Counted from the stretch's first letter, positions 8,104-17,148 are shown. The stretch is DNA of 64,000 bases from Candidatus Nomurabacteria bacterium (GCA_020631995.1 JACKGJ010000002.1:90773-154772); one strand, 5' to 3'. Program-made: numbers and translations. The notes: generated from the sequence alone by a model not told the origin.

Positions 8104-8195
8104 TCACATCAGGCCCGAAACTGAAGCAGTTCAGTTTCTACACAAGAAAACACTACCTCACGGAGAAGTAGTGTTTTCTTGTGTGCCTGATGTGA
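8104..8195 (-). other. Compact three-way-junction structure in the tRNA-Glu 3' trailer
   Basis: Stems 8104-8114/8185-8195 (11 bp), 8117-8125/8130-8138 (9 bp) and 8140-8156/8168-8184 (17 bp). Only 3 unpaired junction nucleotides. Confidence 0.3.
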
Positions 8196-8264
8196 CCCTA
8201 CAGGGAATCGAACCCTGATTTAAGCCTTGAGAAGGCTCCGTCCTAACCGTTAGACGATAGGGCC
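8193..8264 (-). tRNA. tRNA-Glu (anticodon CUC)
   Basis: GGCCCTATCGTCTAACGGTTAGGACGGAGCCTTCTCAAGGCTTAAATCAGGGTTCGATTCCCTGTAGGGTCA folds as a 72-nt cloverleaf with anticodon loop TTCTCAA. CCA is not encoded. Confidence 0.9.
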
Positions 8265-8414
8265 AGTGGCGGTATTTATACCAAATATTTTGCGTTTAGT
8301 GAAGTGATGTGAGGGGGGTGGCTCTATATAGCTTTTGTCATAAATTCCCTGCCTACTCGTCTTATATAGTAGTGGCGATGGTTATCGCAGGTTATTAACT
8401 TAAATAAAATTCTT

Positions 8415-8603
8415 ATGTTATCTTGGGCTCTCACTTTCTTTGTCCTAGCTCTAATCGCTGGTGTGCTAGGTTTTACCGGCATCGCTTCAGCTTCGGCTGG
8501 AATCGCGAAGATTCTCTTTGTTGTCTTTATTATTCTCTTTGTCCTGTCTTTCTTTTTTAAGGCAGCGGGTAAAGCGGACAATATGCTCGACAAGAATATG
8601 TAG
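8415..8603 (+). CDS. DUF1328/YtjA-type small membrane protein
   Basis: [45 protein letters not shown] matches the UPF0391 pattern. Confidence 0.75.
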   Translation: MLSWALTFFVLALIAGVLGFTGIASASAGIAKILFVVFIILFVLSFFFKAAGKADNMLDKNM

Positions 8604-8667
8604 AACGTGTAGCGGACAGAATAAAAGGCCGACACTTTCTGTGCCGGCCTTTTCGCTTTCTTTCAGT

Positions 8668-8940
8668 TCAGTGCAAACGGAACTCAGCGTCCACCATGCG
8701 AATCTCAGCGGGCCTGATGAGGTGGCTGTGTGCAATAACCACCGAATTGATGGGTGCTTCAATAGAAGTTTCCCAGAATTGCAGGAATTTTTGCAAACGC
8801 GGGAATTTAGGGTGCAGATCGTAGAACTGCCAGATAAATTCGCCCAGTAGCGACGGTGTGTCGGGAAGTCGATAGTAGATATGGGCTGTGGTCTGTCCAT
8901 ATCCTGCCATTGATTCACGGAAAGCGGTGTCGGTGTGCAT
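8668..8940 (-). CDS. Usg-like family protein
   Basis: Start at ATG 8938-8940 with AAGGAGG upstream. YGQTTAHIYYRLPDTPSLLGEFIWQFYDLHPKFPRLQKFLQFWETSIEAPINSVVIAHSHLIRPAEIRMVDAEFRLH fits my recollection of the Usg family, which is typical of Alphaproteobacteria. Flanked by G+C-rich hairpins. Confidence 0.6.
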   Translation of the reverse strand: MHTDTAFRESMAGYGQTTAHIYYRLPDTPSLLGEFIWQFYDLHPKFPRLQKFLQFWETSIEAPINSVVIAHSHLIRPAEIRMVDAEFRLH

Positions 8941-9049
8941 TTTCTGTCCTCCTTTTCCTGTGGGAAATGATAATACTTTGAATAATTTGCACAAGAAAAA
9001 CCGGCGTTTAAACGCCGGTTTTTCTATGCTGTCAATTCAAGGTGAACTA

Positions 9050-9751
9050 CTAATTGTCGTCAGTAGTGAAGTCTTCTACATCTCCACAAACTAGTACATC
9101 GTCACCATCCTCATCTTCGAATCCGACGCAAATAGTGAAGTAGTAGTCAGTGTCTTCGTCGAGTCCAGTAACGGTCTCTTCGTAGTCCTCATCATCATCA
9201 AGGTTTGAATCAACGCGGACCTTTTGTAGGTCATCACCGTCTTCGTCAACATCACGATATGAGTCATAGTCATCTTCAACGTCTTCAATCTGATCCTCAT
9301 CTTCTCCGTAGACAAAGAATACTTCTCCGTCTTCAAAGTCGTTCATATCGACTGAACCACGAAGTTCAGCTCTGTCATCTTCAATATCACGAGCACTGTC
9401 AGTTTCTACTTCAGGCTCATCGTCATCGTTGTTTCTAGAGTCACCACGCGGGTCTCCGATAACGTAACCATAGCTATAGTTGTAGCCAGGGTTGTAGTAT
9501 CCACCACCGTAGTTGTATCCCTTACGAGCCTCAATTTGGGCCTGTAGCTGAACAATAAGCTGCTTAAGGAAAGCGATAAGCTGTTCCTCACTCATTTGGT
9601 TACCGCCATACGTGTAAGTAGGGGTATTTGTATTCTGGTATTGATAAGTGGTCGGTACGTAATAGTAAGTGCTGTTAGCTTCAGCCTGTCCTGCTGGGTA
9701 AAAAGCAAAAACTGCTGCAACTGCCACACCTAGGAATAAAATCTTTTTCAT
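9050..9751 (-). CDS. Secreted Tyr/Gly-rich and extremely acidic protein
   Basis: Signal peptide MKKILFLGVAVAAVFAFYPAGQAEA, a YNYGGGYYNPGYNYSYGY segment, then a long Asp/Glu-rich C-terminal half. Confidence 0.6.
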   Translation of the reverse strand: MKKILFLGVAVAAVFAFYPAGQAEANSTYYYVPTTYQYQNTNTPTYTYGGNQMSEEQLIAFLKQLIVQLQAQIEARKGYNYGGGYYNPGYNYSYGYVIGDPRGDSRNNDDDEPEVETDSARDIEDDRAELRGSVDMNDFEDGEVFFVYGEDEDQIEDVEDDYDSYRDVDEDGDDLQKVRVDSNLDDDEDYEETVTGLDEDTDYYFTICVGFEDEDGDDVLVCGDVEDFTTDDN

Positions 9752-9831
9752 ACGTTCGTACTGTACACCTTTAAATCAGAGTGTCAAGGGTAGAATTTAA
9801 TCGCTGAATTTGAGTATCTAAATCAATGTAA

Positions 9832-11124
9832 CTAGCTAATATCTTTCCAGGCTCGGCTTTGACGTACTAGCAGATTCTCAGCCTCAGCTGGGTTAGCCAT
9901 AATTTCCTCTACTATTTTCTCCATTCTCATACTCTGAGAGCCTTTTATGAGGACGATGTCGCCTGGTTGGAGTAGGTTTTGGAGTTCTTTACCGGCTTGA
10001 GTCGCTTCTTCATACTGCAGGATGTTTTTTTCACTCATTCCAGCTTCAAGTGCTGCTTCAGCAATGCCACGAGAGCGAATACCGATAGTAATTAAAAGAT
10101 CAGTACACTCTTCTGCCTGAATACCAACACGCTCATGCTCCCCCACTGAGAAGCGTCCGAGTTCTAACATATCTCCAAGTACAGCCACTTTACGATTGAA
10201 ACCTTTTATCTCCTTTAGGGTAGATAAAGATCTCTCTACTGCCACTGGAGAAGAATTGTATGTATCATCAATAATAACTGTGTTCTTGATACCTTCTATT
10301 AGGCGCATACGGCCAGGTGGCGGTATAAAGTCTTGAAGTGCAACCGCAGAGTCATTTAAAGAGATATTAAAGCAGCTAGCTACTGCTGTTGCGGCTGAAA
10401 AATTGTATGTATGTGCCACGCCAATAGCACCTAGTAGTGTGCACTTAGCACTCTCACCATTTGAATGGATAGTGAAGCCCATACCCTTTGGACTACCATC
10501 TTTGTAGATTACTTCATCACCCTTAACTACAAAATCAGATTCGGAATAACGACTATAACCAATGGAGCGTTGTCTGGTTTGTTCGGCTACTTCCAGCACA
10601 GCTTCGTCATCATGGTTGTATATCAATACCCCGTCGTCCTTCAGGGCTTCAACTAGTGCTCTCTTTTCAGCTATGACTGCTTCAGGTGAGGAAAAGTATT
10701 CTACATGTACTGGCACACTTGGAAGTCGAGTTAATACTACGATGTCTGGTTTAACCCATGATGCCAATCTCTTCATATCTCCTGGACGGTCCACTCCCAT
10801 TTCAAGAACTAACACCTCTGGGTAGTTACCTGGAAAAAGTGCGTGTAAAAGACCATCAATAATGTTTTTAAACCAGTGAAAAGGATTCTGCCAAGCATTA
10901 TCAAGTCCGAGTATCGAAAGCGGTACACCAATATCGGAGTTGTAGCTCTTTTCGCTCTTTCTGGTGCGGACTTTGTTTTTAAGTACGTGATAGATGGCGT
11001 CTTTAGTAGAGGTCTTCCCCACACTTCCTGTTATGGCCACTATCTTTGGCTTCGTTCTCCGTAAGAGCAGTCGAGCTTCGGCAGTTAGAATGGTAACAAT
11101 CAGAGATTTTAAAATAGATTTCAT
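9832..11124 (-). CDS. murF: UDP-N-acetylmuramoyl-tripeptide--D-alanyl-D-alanine ligase
   Basis: Mur ligase P-loop ITGSVGKTSTKD, 430 aa, positioned directly downstream of ftsI. Confidence 0.85.
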   Translation of the reverse strand: MKSILKSLIVTILTAEARLLLRRTKPKIVAITGSVGKTSTKDAIYHVLKNKVRTRKSEKSYNSDIGVPLSILGLDNAWQNPFHWFKNIIDGLLHALFPGNYPEVLVLEMGVDRPGDMKRLASWVKPDIVVLTRLPSVPVHVEYFSSPEAVIAEKRALVEALKDDGVLIYNHDDEAVLEVAEQTRQRSIGYSRYSESDFVVKGDEVIYKDGSPKGMGFTIHSNGESAKCTLLGAIGVAHTYNFSAATAVASCFNISLNDSAVALQDFIPPPGRMRLIEGIKNTVIIDDTYNSSPVAVERSLSTLKEIKGFNRKVAVLGDMLELGRFSVGEHERVGIQAEECTDLLITIGIRSRGIAEAALEAGMSEKNILQYEEATQAGKELQNLLQPGDIVLIKGSQSMRMEKIVEEIMANPAEAENLLVRQSRAWKDIS

Positions 11125-11165
11125 ATGTGAGGTTGATGGGTAACAAAAGGATTTAACTGATTATT

Positions 11166-12890
11166 CTATCGATCCGGCGGGATATTGTAGTAGTTTATCA
11201 AGAATTTAGTGATATTCATAAAAGGCTCGGTCAGGGTTTCTGATGAGTAACTTACCCCCTGCGGGTTAACTGTGTATAGGAATACCAAGAACTCTGGGTC
11301 GTAGGCGGGGAAATAACCAAAGAATGAGTGTAGGTAGCGGTCCTCATAGTACCCTCCAGTGTTGCTAGCCATCTGGGCCGTACCGGTTTTGGCAGCCACT
11401 GTGTGCTCAGGAAGCTTAACTTTACCGCCACGTAGCGCATCATCTACCACGGTCACCAACATTCTGCTTATCTCTTCACTAGTTTCTTTACTCCATACCT
11501 GGTCTCCTTCTGGAAACATTATTTCTTTTTTTGTACCGTCTTCATATTCAATAGACTTAACTATATGAGGAGTGATAAGACGTCCACCGTTACCCAACGC
11601 TGACAGCGCTCGTACTGCAGCTATTGGAGTGAGAGCGATACCTTGCCCGTATGATGCTGTGGCATATTCGATACTACGTGTTGTGTTGAGGTTTTCTAGG
11701 TCGCCGTGTATCTCGCCCACTAGGTCTATTCCCGTCTCGCTCCCTAGTTTTAGTTTATTAAAATATTCTAGAAAACGTGCCTGACCCATTGTCCTCACTA
11801 CGAAGGCCACGCCAGTGTTTAATGATTGATTCAATACTTCTTGCATAGAAACAGTGCCGCGACCGCGGCCATCGTAGTTACGAATCGTTTCAGTGTCTAT
11901 CTCTAGGAAACCCGCATCGTAATAGGTGGTATTAGCAGAAACAGCTTTGCTATCAATACCAACCGCCATAGTGAGGGCCTTAATAATACTGCCGAGTTCG
12001 TAGCGAGCACTGACTAATGGATTGGTGAAATGATCTAGAGTGCTGGTACCACGAGCATTTGGATTAAAGGTAGGTACAGCATCAATCGCATAAATCTCTC
12101 CAGTCTTAGGGTTGATTATGATTCCACCAGTTAGTTCTGACCGCCAGACACCATTGGCTTTTAGTAATTCATTTTGTAGTAGTCTGGCCACGGTCGGCTC
12201 GATTGTAGTCACAATATCACCCTCTTTTTTTTCTGGGTCTTCAGAGATTAGCTTGCCAAGGTTGGTAAATAGCTCGGCAAAAAAATTGACCGATAACTCC
12301 TCGCTCTTTCGGTGCAGGGTGTCTTCGTAGTAGCGTTCTAGTCCGTATCGTCCGATAGGTTCCTCGCCGACTGTTTTCCCCTCGTATGCCACAAAGCCAA
12401 TAGTGCGGGCAGATAAAGGTCCTCCAGGATAATAACGCCAGCGCTGTCGTTTTAGTGATACTCCAGGCAGATCGAGTTCTTTTATGGCCAGAGCTTCTTC
12501 TTCAGTTAGTTCTTCACGGATCTCTACGTCGACGCGATTTTCTAAAGTAGCACGGTATAGAAAAGTTTCTTTGTTTATAAAAATATACTGCTTTAAGGCT
12601 TCATACAAAGCTTCTGCATTTTCAACCCGACTCGGATCGAGTGAGAGAGTGTACCCACTTTGAATGGTGGCAGCACTCACTTTCTCTCCGTCACGGGTAG
12701 TGAAATAAATACTACCTCGATCATAAAGATTTTGGACCGTATGAATGTACTGTCCTTCACCACGGGCGACGTAGGTTTCAAAACTGATGACTTGTAGTTG
12801 ATAAAGGCGTGCTACTAACACTAAAGCCACCAGCAAGACTATACCGGTGATTACTCTTATTCTGATTACTGCTGCATTTCTTGCACTCAT
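11166..12890 (-). CDS. ftsI: Penicillin-binding protein, FtsI/PBP3-type transpeptidase
   Basis: N-terminal TM segment. Transpeptidase motifs SIIK (SxxK), SLN (SxN) and KTGTA. The ATG at 12888-12890 is preferred over the TTG used by the track. Confidence 0.8.
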   Translation of the reverse strand: MSARNAAVIRIRVITGIVLLVALVLVARLYQLQVISFETYVARGEGQYIHTVQNLYDRGSIYFTTRDGEKVSAATIQSGYTLSLDPSRVENAEALYEALKQYIFINKETFLYRATLENRVDVEIREELTEEEALAIKELDLPGVSLKRQRWRYYPGGPLSARTIGFVAYEGKTVGEEPIGRYGLERYYEDTLHRKSEELSVNFFAELFTNLGKLISEDPEKKEGDIVTTIEPTVARLLQNELLKANGVWRSELTGGIIINPKTGEIYAIDAVPTFNPNARGTSTLDHFTNPLVSARYELGSIIKALTMAVGIDSKAVSANTTYYDAGFLEIDTETIRNYDGRGRGTVSMQEVLNQSLNTGVAFVVRTMGQARFLEYFNKLKLGSETGIDLVGEIHGDLENLNTTRSIEYATASYGQGIALTPIAAVRALSALGNGGRLITPHIVKSIEYEDGTKKEIMFPEGDQVWSKETSEEISRMLVTVVDDALRGGKVKLPEHTVAAKTGTAQMASNTGGYYEDRYLHSFFGYFPAYDPEFLVFLYTVNPQGVSYSSETLTEPFMNITKFLINYYNIPPDR

Positions 12891-12992
12891 TAGATTTATT
12901 TCAAAGTTAGTGACCAATTTTTAAGGAGCGTAAGAGACTATAAAAATGGAAATACTCTTGTGGTGCATCTACTTTTGAAAGAAATCTATTAA

Positions 12993-13310
12993 CTACCTTT
13001 GCGTCACGACACTAGTGTTTGATCGGTCTATAAAAATCTTTTTGCCAGTTGCAATATAACCATGACTGGTGGCCAAATCAATTGATAAATTGTGTTGCTT
13101 CTCCATAAAAACAGCTTCAAGCCCAGCTATTTCCCCTTGAACTTTGTTCATCTCCTCATTAAGTTCTTCGTTGATGACTACGTGTATAACACTGACAGAA
13201 AGAAAATAAAAATACAACCCAGCTAACACACAGAGGGTGCAAAAAAGAACAGCTAAAAGCAGGTGTTCTGATCGGTATTTTATTTGGTTTATGGCAGTAA
13301 TGGCATTCAT
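12993..13310 (-). CDS. FtsL-like bitopic division protein
   Basis: 105 aa with a single TM followed by a coiled-coil-like stretch. It sits between rsmH and ftsI, the conserved ftsL slot. Assignment is by position and architecture only. Confidence 0.5.
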   Translation of the reverse strand: MNAITAINQIKYRSEHLLLAVLFCTLCVLAGLYFYFLSVSVIHVVINEELNEEMNKVQGEIAGLEAVFMEKQHNLSIDLATSHGYIATGKKIFIDRSNTSVVTQR

Positions 13311-14197
13311 AATGATAATTTTTCGATAACTCTTAGTTTGGCGCTTCGGGACCGAGGATTTGTGGCCCTCTCCTCCTCCGTTGCGACAATAGGCTTTTTA
13401 ATTAATTTGAGTGCTTGCTCCGCTTGTATTTTCTCGTTAAAAAATTGTTTAACTATGCGGTCTTCTAAACTGTGAAAGGAGATGATGGCCATTCGGCCAC
13501 TAGGGGCAAGAAGATCGAAGCCTTGGGAGAGTAGGTCTTGAAGCACTTGAAGTTCAGCGTTTACCGCAATCCGAATAGCTTGAAAAGTTTTGGTAGCCGG
13601 ATGAATTTTACTCTTACCCTTGAAGCGAGGAATAGCTGACTCAATGATTCCAGCTAGCTGTAGAGACGTTTTGATTTCACCGTTTTCGCGAGCCGCTACA
13701 ATTGCGCGAGCAATTCGCCTTGAGGCTCTTTCCTCTCCGAAGCCATAGATGATGTCTGCTAGAGATTCCTCGGACCAGTCGTTCACGACGTCACTTGCAG
13801 TGAAGACGTGTTTTTCGGGGTCGCCGAAAGTCATCACGAGTGGCTCATCCTTTTGAAAAGAGAAACCTTTGTTGCTTGATTCGAATTGGTCAGATCGCCA
13901 ACCCAAGTCTGCAAGAATGGCAGTTGGAGTAACTTCCAGGTCACCGAGTATCTTCGCTAAATTGGAAAAATTATCGTTAATGAGGTGAACGGTCGCTTTG
14001 TAGCGATGAAGCTCGTCAGCGGCCTCTATGGCTGCAGGGTCGGCATCTATACCGATGTACACCCCACGGTCATCTAGTTCCTCAAGAATGCGTCGACTAT
14101 GCCCGCCACCACCTAAGGTGGCATCTACCACAACACTGTCAGGCCGGAGGGCCAGTACAGAAATCGTTTCTTCAAGTAATACTGGAATGTGCTTCAT
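13307..14197 (-). CDS. rsmH: 16S rRNA (cytosine1402-N4)-methyltransferase
   Basis: MKHIPVLLEETI...DATLGGGGHS...FHSLEDRIVK, the classical MraW/RsmH motifs. Confidence 0.9.
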   Translation of the reverse strand: MKHIPVLLEETISVLALRPDSVVVDATLGGGGHSRRILEELDDRGVYIGIDADPAAIEAADELHRYKATVHLINDNFSNLAKILGDLEVTPTAILADLGWRSDQFESSNKGFSFQKDEPLVMTFGDPEKHVFTASDVVNDWSEESLADIIYGFGEERASRRIARAIVAARENGEIKTSLQLAGIIESAIPRFKGKSKIHPATKTFQAIRIAVNAELQVLQDLLSQGFDLLAPSGRMAIISFHSLEDRIVKQFFNEKIQAEQALKLIKKPIVATEEERATNPRSRSAKLRVIEKLSL

Positions 14198-14257
14198 AAG
14201 ATTTAGGGTTCAGAGTTTAGGTGACACCAATTCGCCCTAAACGCTGGACCCTAAACC

Positions 14258-14692
14258 CTATAATGCTCCAACCGAACCGAGCTTTTCTGCCAAGGAGTCA
14301 GCTTGTTCTTCGATCTTTTTCTTATAGTCGTTCCACTTCTTCTCATCCCAGATTTCAACACGGTCATGGAGTCCGGCCAAAACCACTTTGGTTTTTAGTT
14401 TGGCGAACTCCTTCAAATAATCTGGAACGAGAATACGTCCGGCTTTGTCTACCTCCACTTCAACCGCACCGGAAAGAAAAAATCTATGAACGCTACGCGT
14501 GTCCGCTGAACCAAGTGGCAAACCTACAACCTTGTCGGTTAGAGTTTGCCACTCGGCTCGGGCGTACACAAAGAGACAGTTATCGAATCCGCGAGTGACG
14601 ATTAGTTTCTTCCCCATTTTGGCGCGCCACTTACTTGGAAGTGACAATCGCTTCTTTGGGTCCAATGTATGAACATATTCACCAATCAACAT
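14258..14692 (-). CDS. mraZ: Transcriptional regulator MraZ
   Basis: MLIGEYVHTLDPKKRLSLPSKWR plus a second DxxxR-type repeat (VEVDKAGRILVP). 144 aa, first gene of the dcw cluster. Confidence 0.9.
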   Translation of the reverse strand: MLIGEYVHTLDPKKRLSLPSKWRAKMGKKLIVTRGFDNCLFVYARAEWQTLTDKVVGLPLGSADTRSVHRFFLSGAVEVEVDKAGRILVPDYLKEFAKLKTKVVLAGLHDRVEIWDEKKWNDYKKKIEEQADSLAEKLGSVGAL

Positions 14693-14810
14693 ATACGTAT
14701 TCGATTATGAGTTTTAGTTGTCAGTTTTTTGTGTAGTGCGAAAGATTATGTTGTTGGTTGCTACCCAACTCACGCTTCCTTAACACTATACAGACAATTT
14801 ATTACTCATT

Positions 14811-14866
14811 CCACTTTCTCCCACCACAACACCACTATACACCACCTCATCCCACCAAACTCCACA
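14811..14866 (-). promoter_or_regulatory. Candidate MraZ operator: six GTGG boxes with helical phasing
   Basis: CCAC on the plus strand begins at 14811, 14821, 14832, 14842, 14852 and 14862, which is GTGG(G/T) on the mraZ strand. The boxes lie 119-174 nt upstream of the mraZ ATG. Confidence 0.5.
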
Positions 14867-15023
14867 ATGATACACTTAGGCTGTGGAAAAGTCGTTAAAA
14901 GTCCTAGTAGATAAGGCTTCTATGGAGTAGTGATGATTTCTGATTGACAAGAGGTGTTAAGTGTGATATTATGATAGGTAGGAAATTAACCAGAGCACTA
15001 AGTGCTCAAAAATGGAGGTTGCT

Positions 15024-15443
15024 ATGCGCAACATTGCTTCTTTGCTTCTCGCTGCTGTACTGATTGTCGGTACCTTCTCCTCGGCCTCGGTCTCGGCTGC
15101 AGAATGGTACACCAAGGACGCCAATGGACGGCTGACTTATCACAATGATGGTCGACCCGGCTATGTGGCGCCCCGAGTGCACCGTCATCAGCATTATCAG
15201 TCACGGTCGTGGGGACGATCAATGTATTTGCCTCGCTATCAGCGTAATCATCGTTCTGACGATGCTGTTGCAGGAATCATTTTGTTTGGTCTTGGTGCCA
15301 CTGTTGGTGCTGCAATCGTCAACAGTCAGCAGCAGCCCAGACCAGCGCAACAGCTGATGCCAGAACAACAACATTGCGTCGAGACCAATGGTGTCTGGCT
15401 CGAAGACACTCGCACTAGACGCCAGTTCTGTGGTTGGCGCTGA
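15024..15443 (+). CDS. Hypothetical secreted/membrane protein (G+C-rich one-gene module)
   Basis: GGAGG SD before the ATG at 15024. Signal-like MRNIASLLLAAVLIVGTFSSASVSA and an internal TM AVAGIILFGLGATVGAAIV. Hairpin terminator at 15455-15492. Confidence 0.55.
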   Translation: MRNIASLLLAAVLIVGTFSSASVSAAEWYTKDANGRLTYHNDGRPGYVAPRVHRHQHYQSRSWGRSMYLPRYQRNHRSDDAVAGIILFGLGATVGAAIVNSQQQPRPAQQLMPEQQHCVETNGVWLEDTRTRRQFCGWR

Positions 15444-15454
15444 TACATCCAATA

Positions 15455-15492
15455 GGCCCGCGACGCATTCATTTGCGCCGCGGCCTTTTTTA
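15455..15492 (+). terminator. Rho-independent terminator
   Basis: GGCCCGCGACGCA / TGCGCCGCGGCC imperfect G+C-rich stem followed by TTTTTT. Confidence 0.6.
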
Positions 15493-15570
15493 TTTATATA
15501 TATGAACAAGCAAAAGAACGCCGGTGAAGCCGGTGTTCTTTTGTAGTTTGTGCAATCGAGCGACTTTGCG

Positions 15571-17037
15571 CTATTGCTTATCCTCTCTCACAGGACGCAT
15601 CAGCGGAAACATCTGTACTTCACGAAGTGGCTTATCGATTAAGAATGCAAACAGTCTTTCTCCGAAACCAAACCCACAAGTTGGTGGAATTCCATATTCA
15701 AGCATCTCCACAAACTCATAGTCAGGCATCATCGCTTCTTCGTCACCTCCTTCAAGTAGCTTCTGCTGTTCTCCGAAGCGCTTAGCCTGCTCTTCCGGGT
15801 CGTTAAGCTCACTGTACCCGTTACCAATTTCACTACCAGCGAGGATTGGCTGGAAACGCTCCACCACTTCCCTACCCTCAACCTTCTTCGCCAATGGTGC
15901 GATAAGGACTGGATGATTAATCACAAAAGCTGGTCCACTGATTTGCTTTCGACAATATTTCCACAGAGTGTCAGTGAGGCGCTCTTTATTATCTCCTTCA
16001 TACTTAACTCCAAGTTCCTGGAGTTTTGACTCCATTTCAGTCTTTGAAGAATGTAATACATCGATACTGGTCTGACGACGAATCTCTTCTACATAATCAA
16101 TCTCTACCCATTCGTCAGCTAGATCAAAGGTGTGGCCACGAGTGGTGAATTTGGTGGTACCGAAAACCTTTTCAGCTAGTTCGCGATAAAGGTCGCGTAC
16201 TAGCTTCATACCATCATTGTAATCAGCGTAGGCTAGGTAGAACTCTAGATTAGTGAATTCCTGAAGGTGTTCTGGACTACTGCCTTCGTTGCGGTAGGCG
16301 CGACCAATTTCAAATGTCTTAGTGTACCCAGCCGCCATTAAGCGTTTCTGCCAGAGTTCACCAATTGAAATACGCAAATAAACATTGATATCAAAATCGT
16401 TGTGATGAGTTTTGAAGGGTCTAGCTTCAGCGCCACCTGTAGTTACCTCCAGAGTTGGTGTTTCAACCTCAGCGAAATTGTGACGCTTCATAAAGTCACG
16501 CGCTGTGTCCCAGAACAATGCCTTCTTAACGAAGACCTCCTTTTGAGCCGGGTCTAATAGCAAATCAAGGTATCGCTTACGGTAGCGCTCTTCTTCATCT
16601 TTAAGGCCGAAGTGTTCGGTTGGAATAGCTTGGATAGCTTTAGTGAGTACTCGCCAGTCTTCGGCTGCGACTGCTTCGGCGCTGCGCTTGGTAAGAAACG
16701 GCACACCCTTTACTTCAATAAAATCTCCTGGGTCAATGGTGTCATTTAATAAATCAAATAGTCGCTTACCAAGAGTGTCGCGAGACATAAATACTTGCAC
16801 TCGCCCGCTGCCGTCGTCGATGTCTGCGAAAGCGGATCCGCCATGTCGACGGATTGATATTACTCTTCCAGCAATAACCACTACAGTCTCTTCGCTACTT
16901 AAGTCATCAAAATTTTCTAAGACTTCCCTTACCTCATGGGTACGTTCAGTCCGGGTAGCATAAGGATCCATCCCAGCTGCACGTAGGAGCTCGCGCTTTT
17001 TTATGCGGTCGTGACGTATCTCTTCGAGTGAGGACAT
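15571..17037 (-). CDS. lysS: Lysyl-tRNA synthetase, class II
   Basis: 488 aa with an OB-fold N-domain plus class II core (FEIGRAYRNEG, GFGFGERL). Confidence 0.9.
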   Translation of the reverse strand: MSSLEEIRHDRIKKRELLRAAGMDPYATRTERTHEVREVLENFDDLSSEETVVVIAGRVISIRRHGGSAFADIDDGSGRVQVFMSRDTLGKRLFDLLNDTIDPGDFIEVKGVPFLTKRSAEAVAAEDWRVLTKAIQAIPTEHFGLKDEEERYRKRYLDLLLDPAQKEVFVKKALFWDTARDFMKRHNFAEVETPTLEVTTGGAEARPFKTHHNDFDINVYLRISIGELWQKRLMAAGYTKTFEIGRAYRNEGSSPEHLQEFTNLEFYLAYADYNDGMKLVRDLYRELAEKVFGTTKFTTRGHTFDLADEWVEIDYVEEIRRQTSIDVLHSSKTEMESKLQELGVKYEGDNKERLTDTLWKYCRKQISGPAFVINHPVLIAPLAKKVEGREVVERFQPILAGSEIGNGYSELNDPEEQAKRFGEQQKLLEGGDEEAMMPDYEFVEMLEYGIPPTCGFGFGERLFAFLIDKPLREVQMFPLMRPVREDKQ

Positions 17038-17148
17038 AGGGTTAGTATAAAGTTAAAAGCTGAAAGTTGGAAGTATAGAAGTGTAGGTAATTGTTACGAC
17101 GACGGCCCGCCGAAGGCGGGCCGTGAGTCTTTTGTCTTCAAGACTTAA

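Noticed and set aside
14202-14260. Telomere-like TTTAGGG/CCCTAAA repeats
   Set aside because: There are only two copies per arm, arranged as the two halves of a hairpin in an operon spacer. This is not a tandem array.
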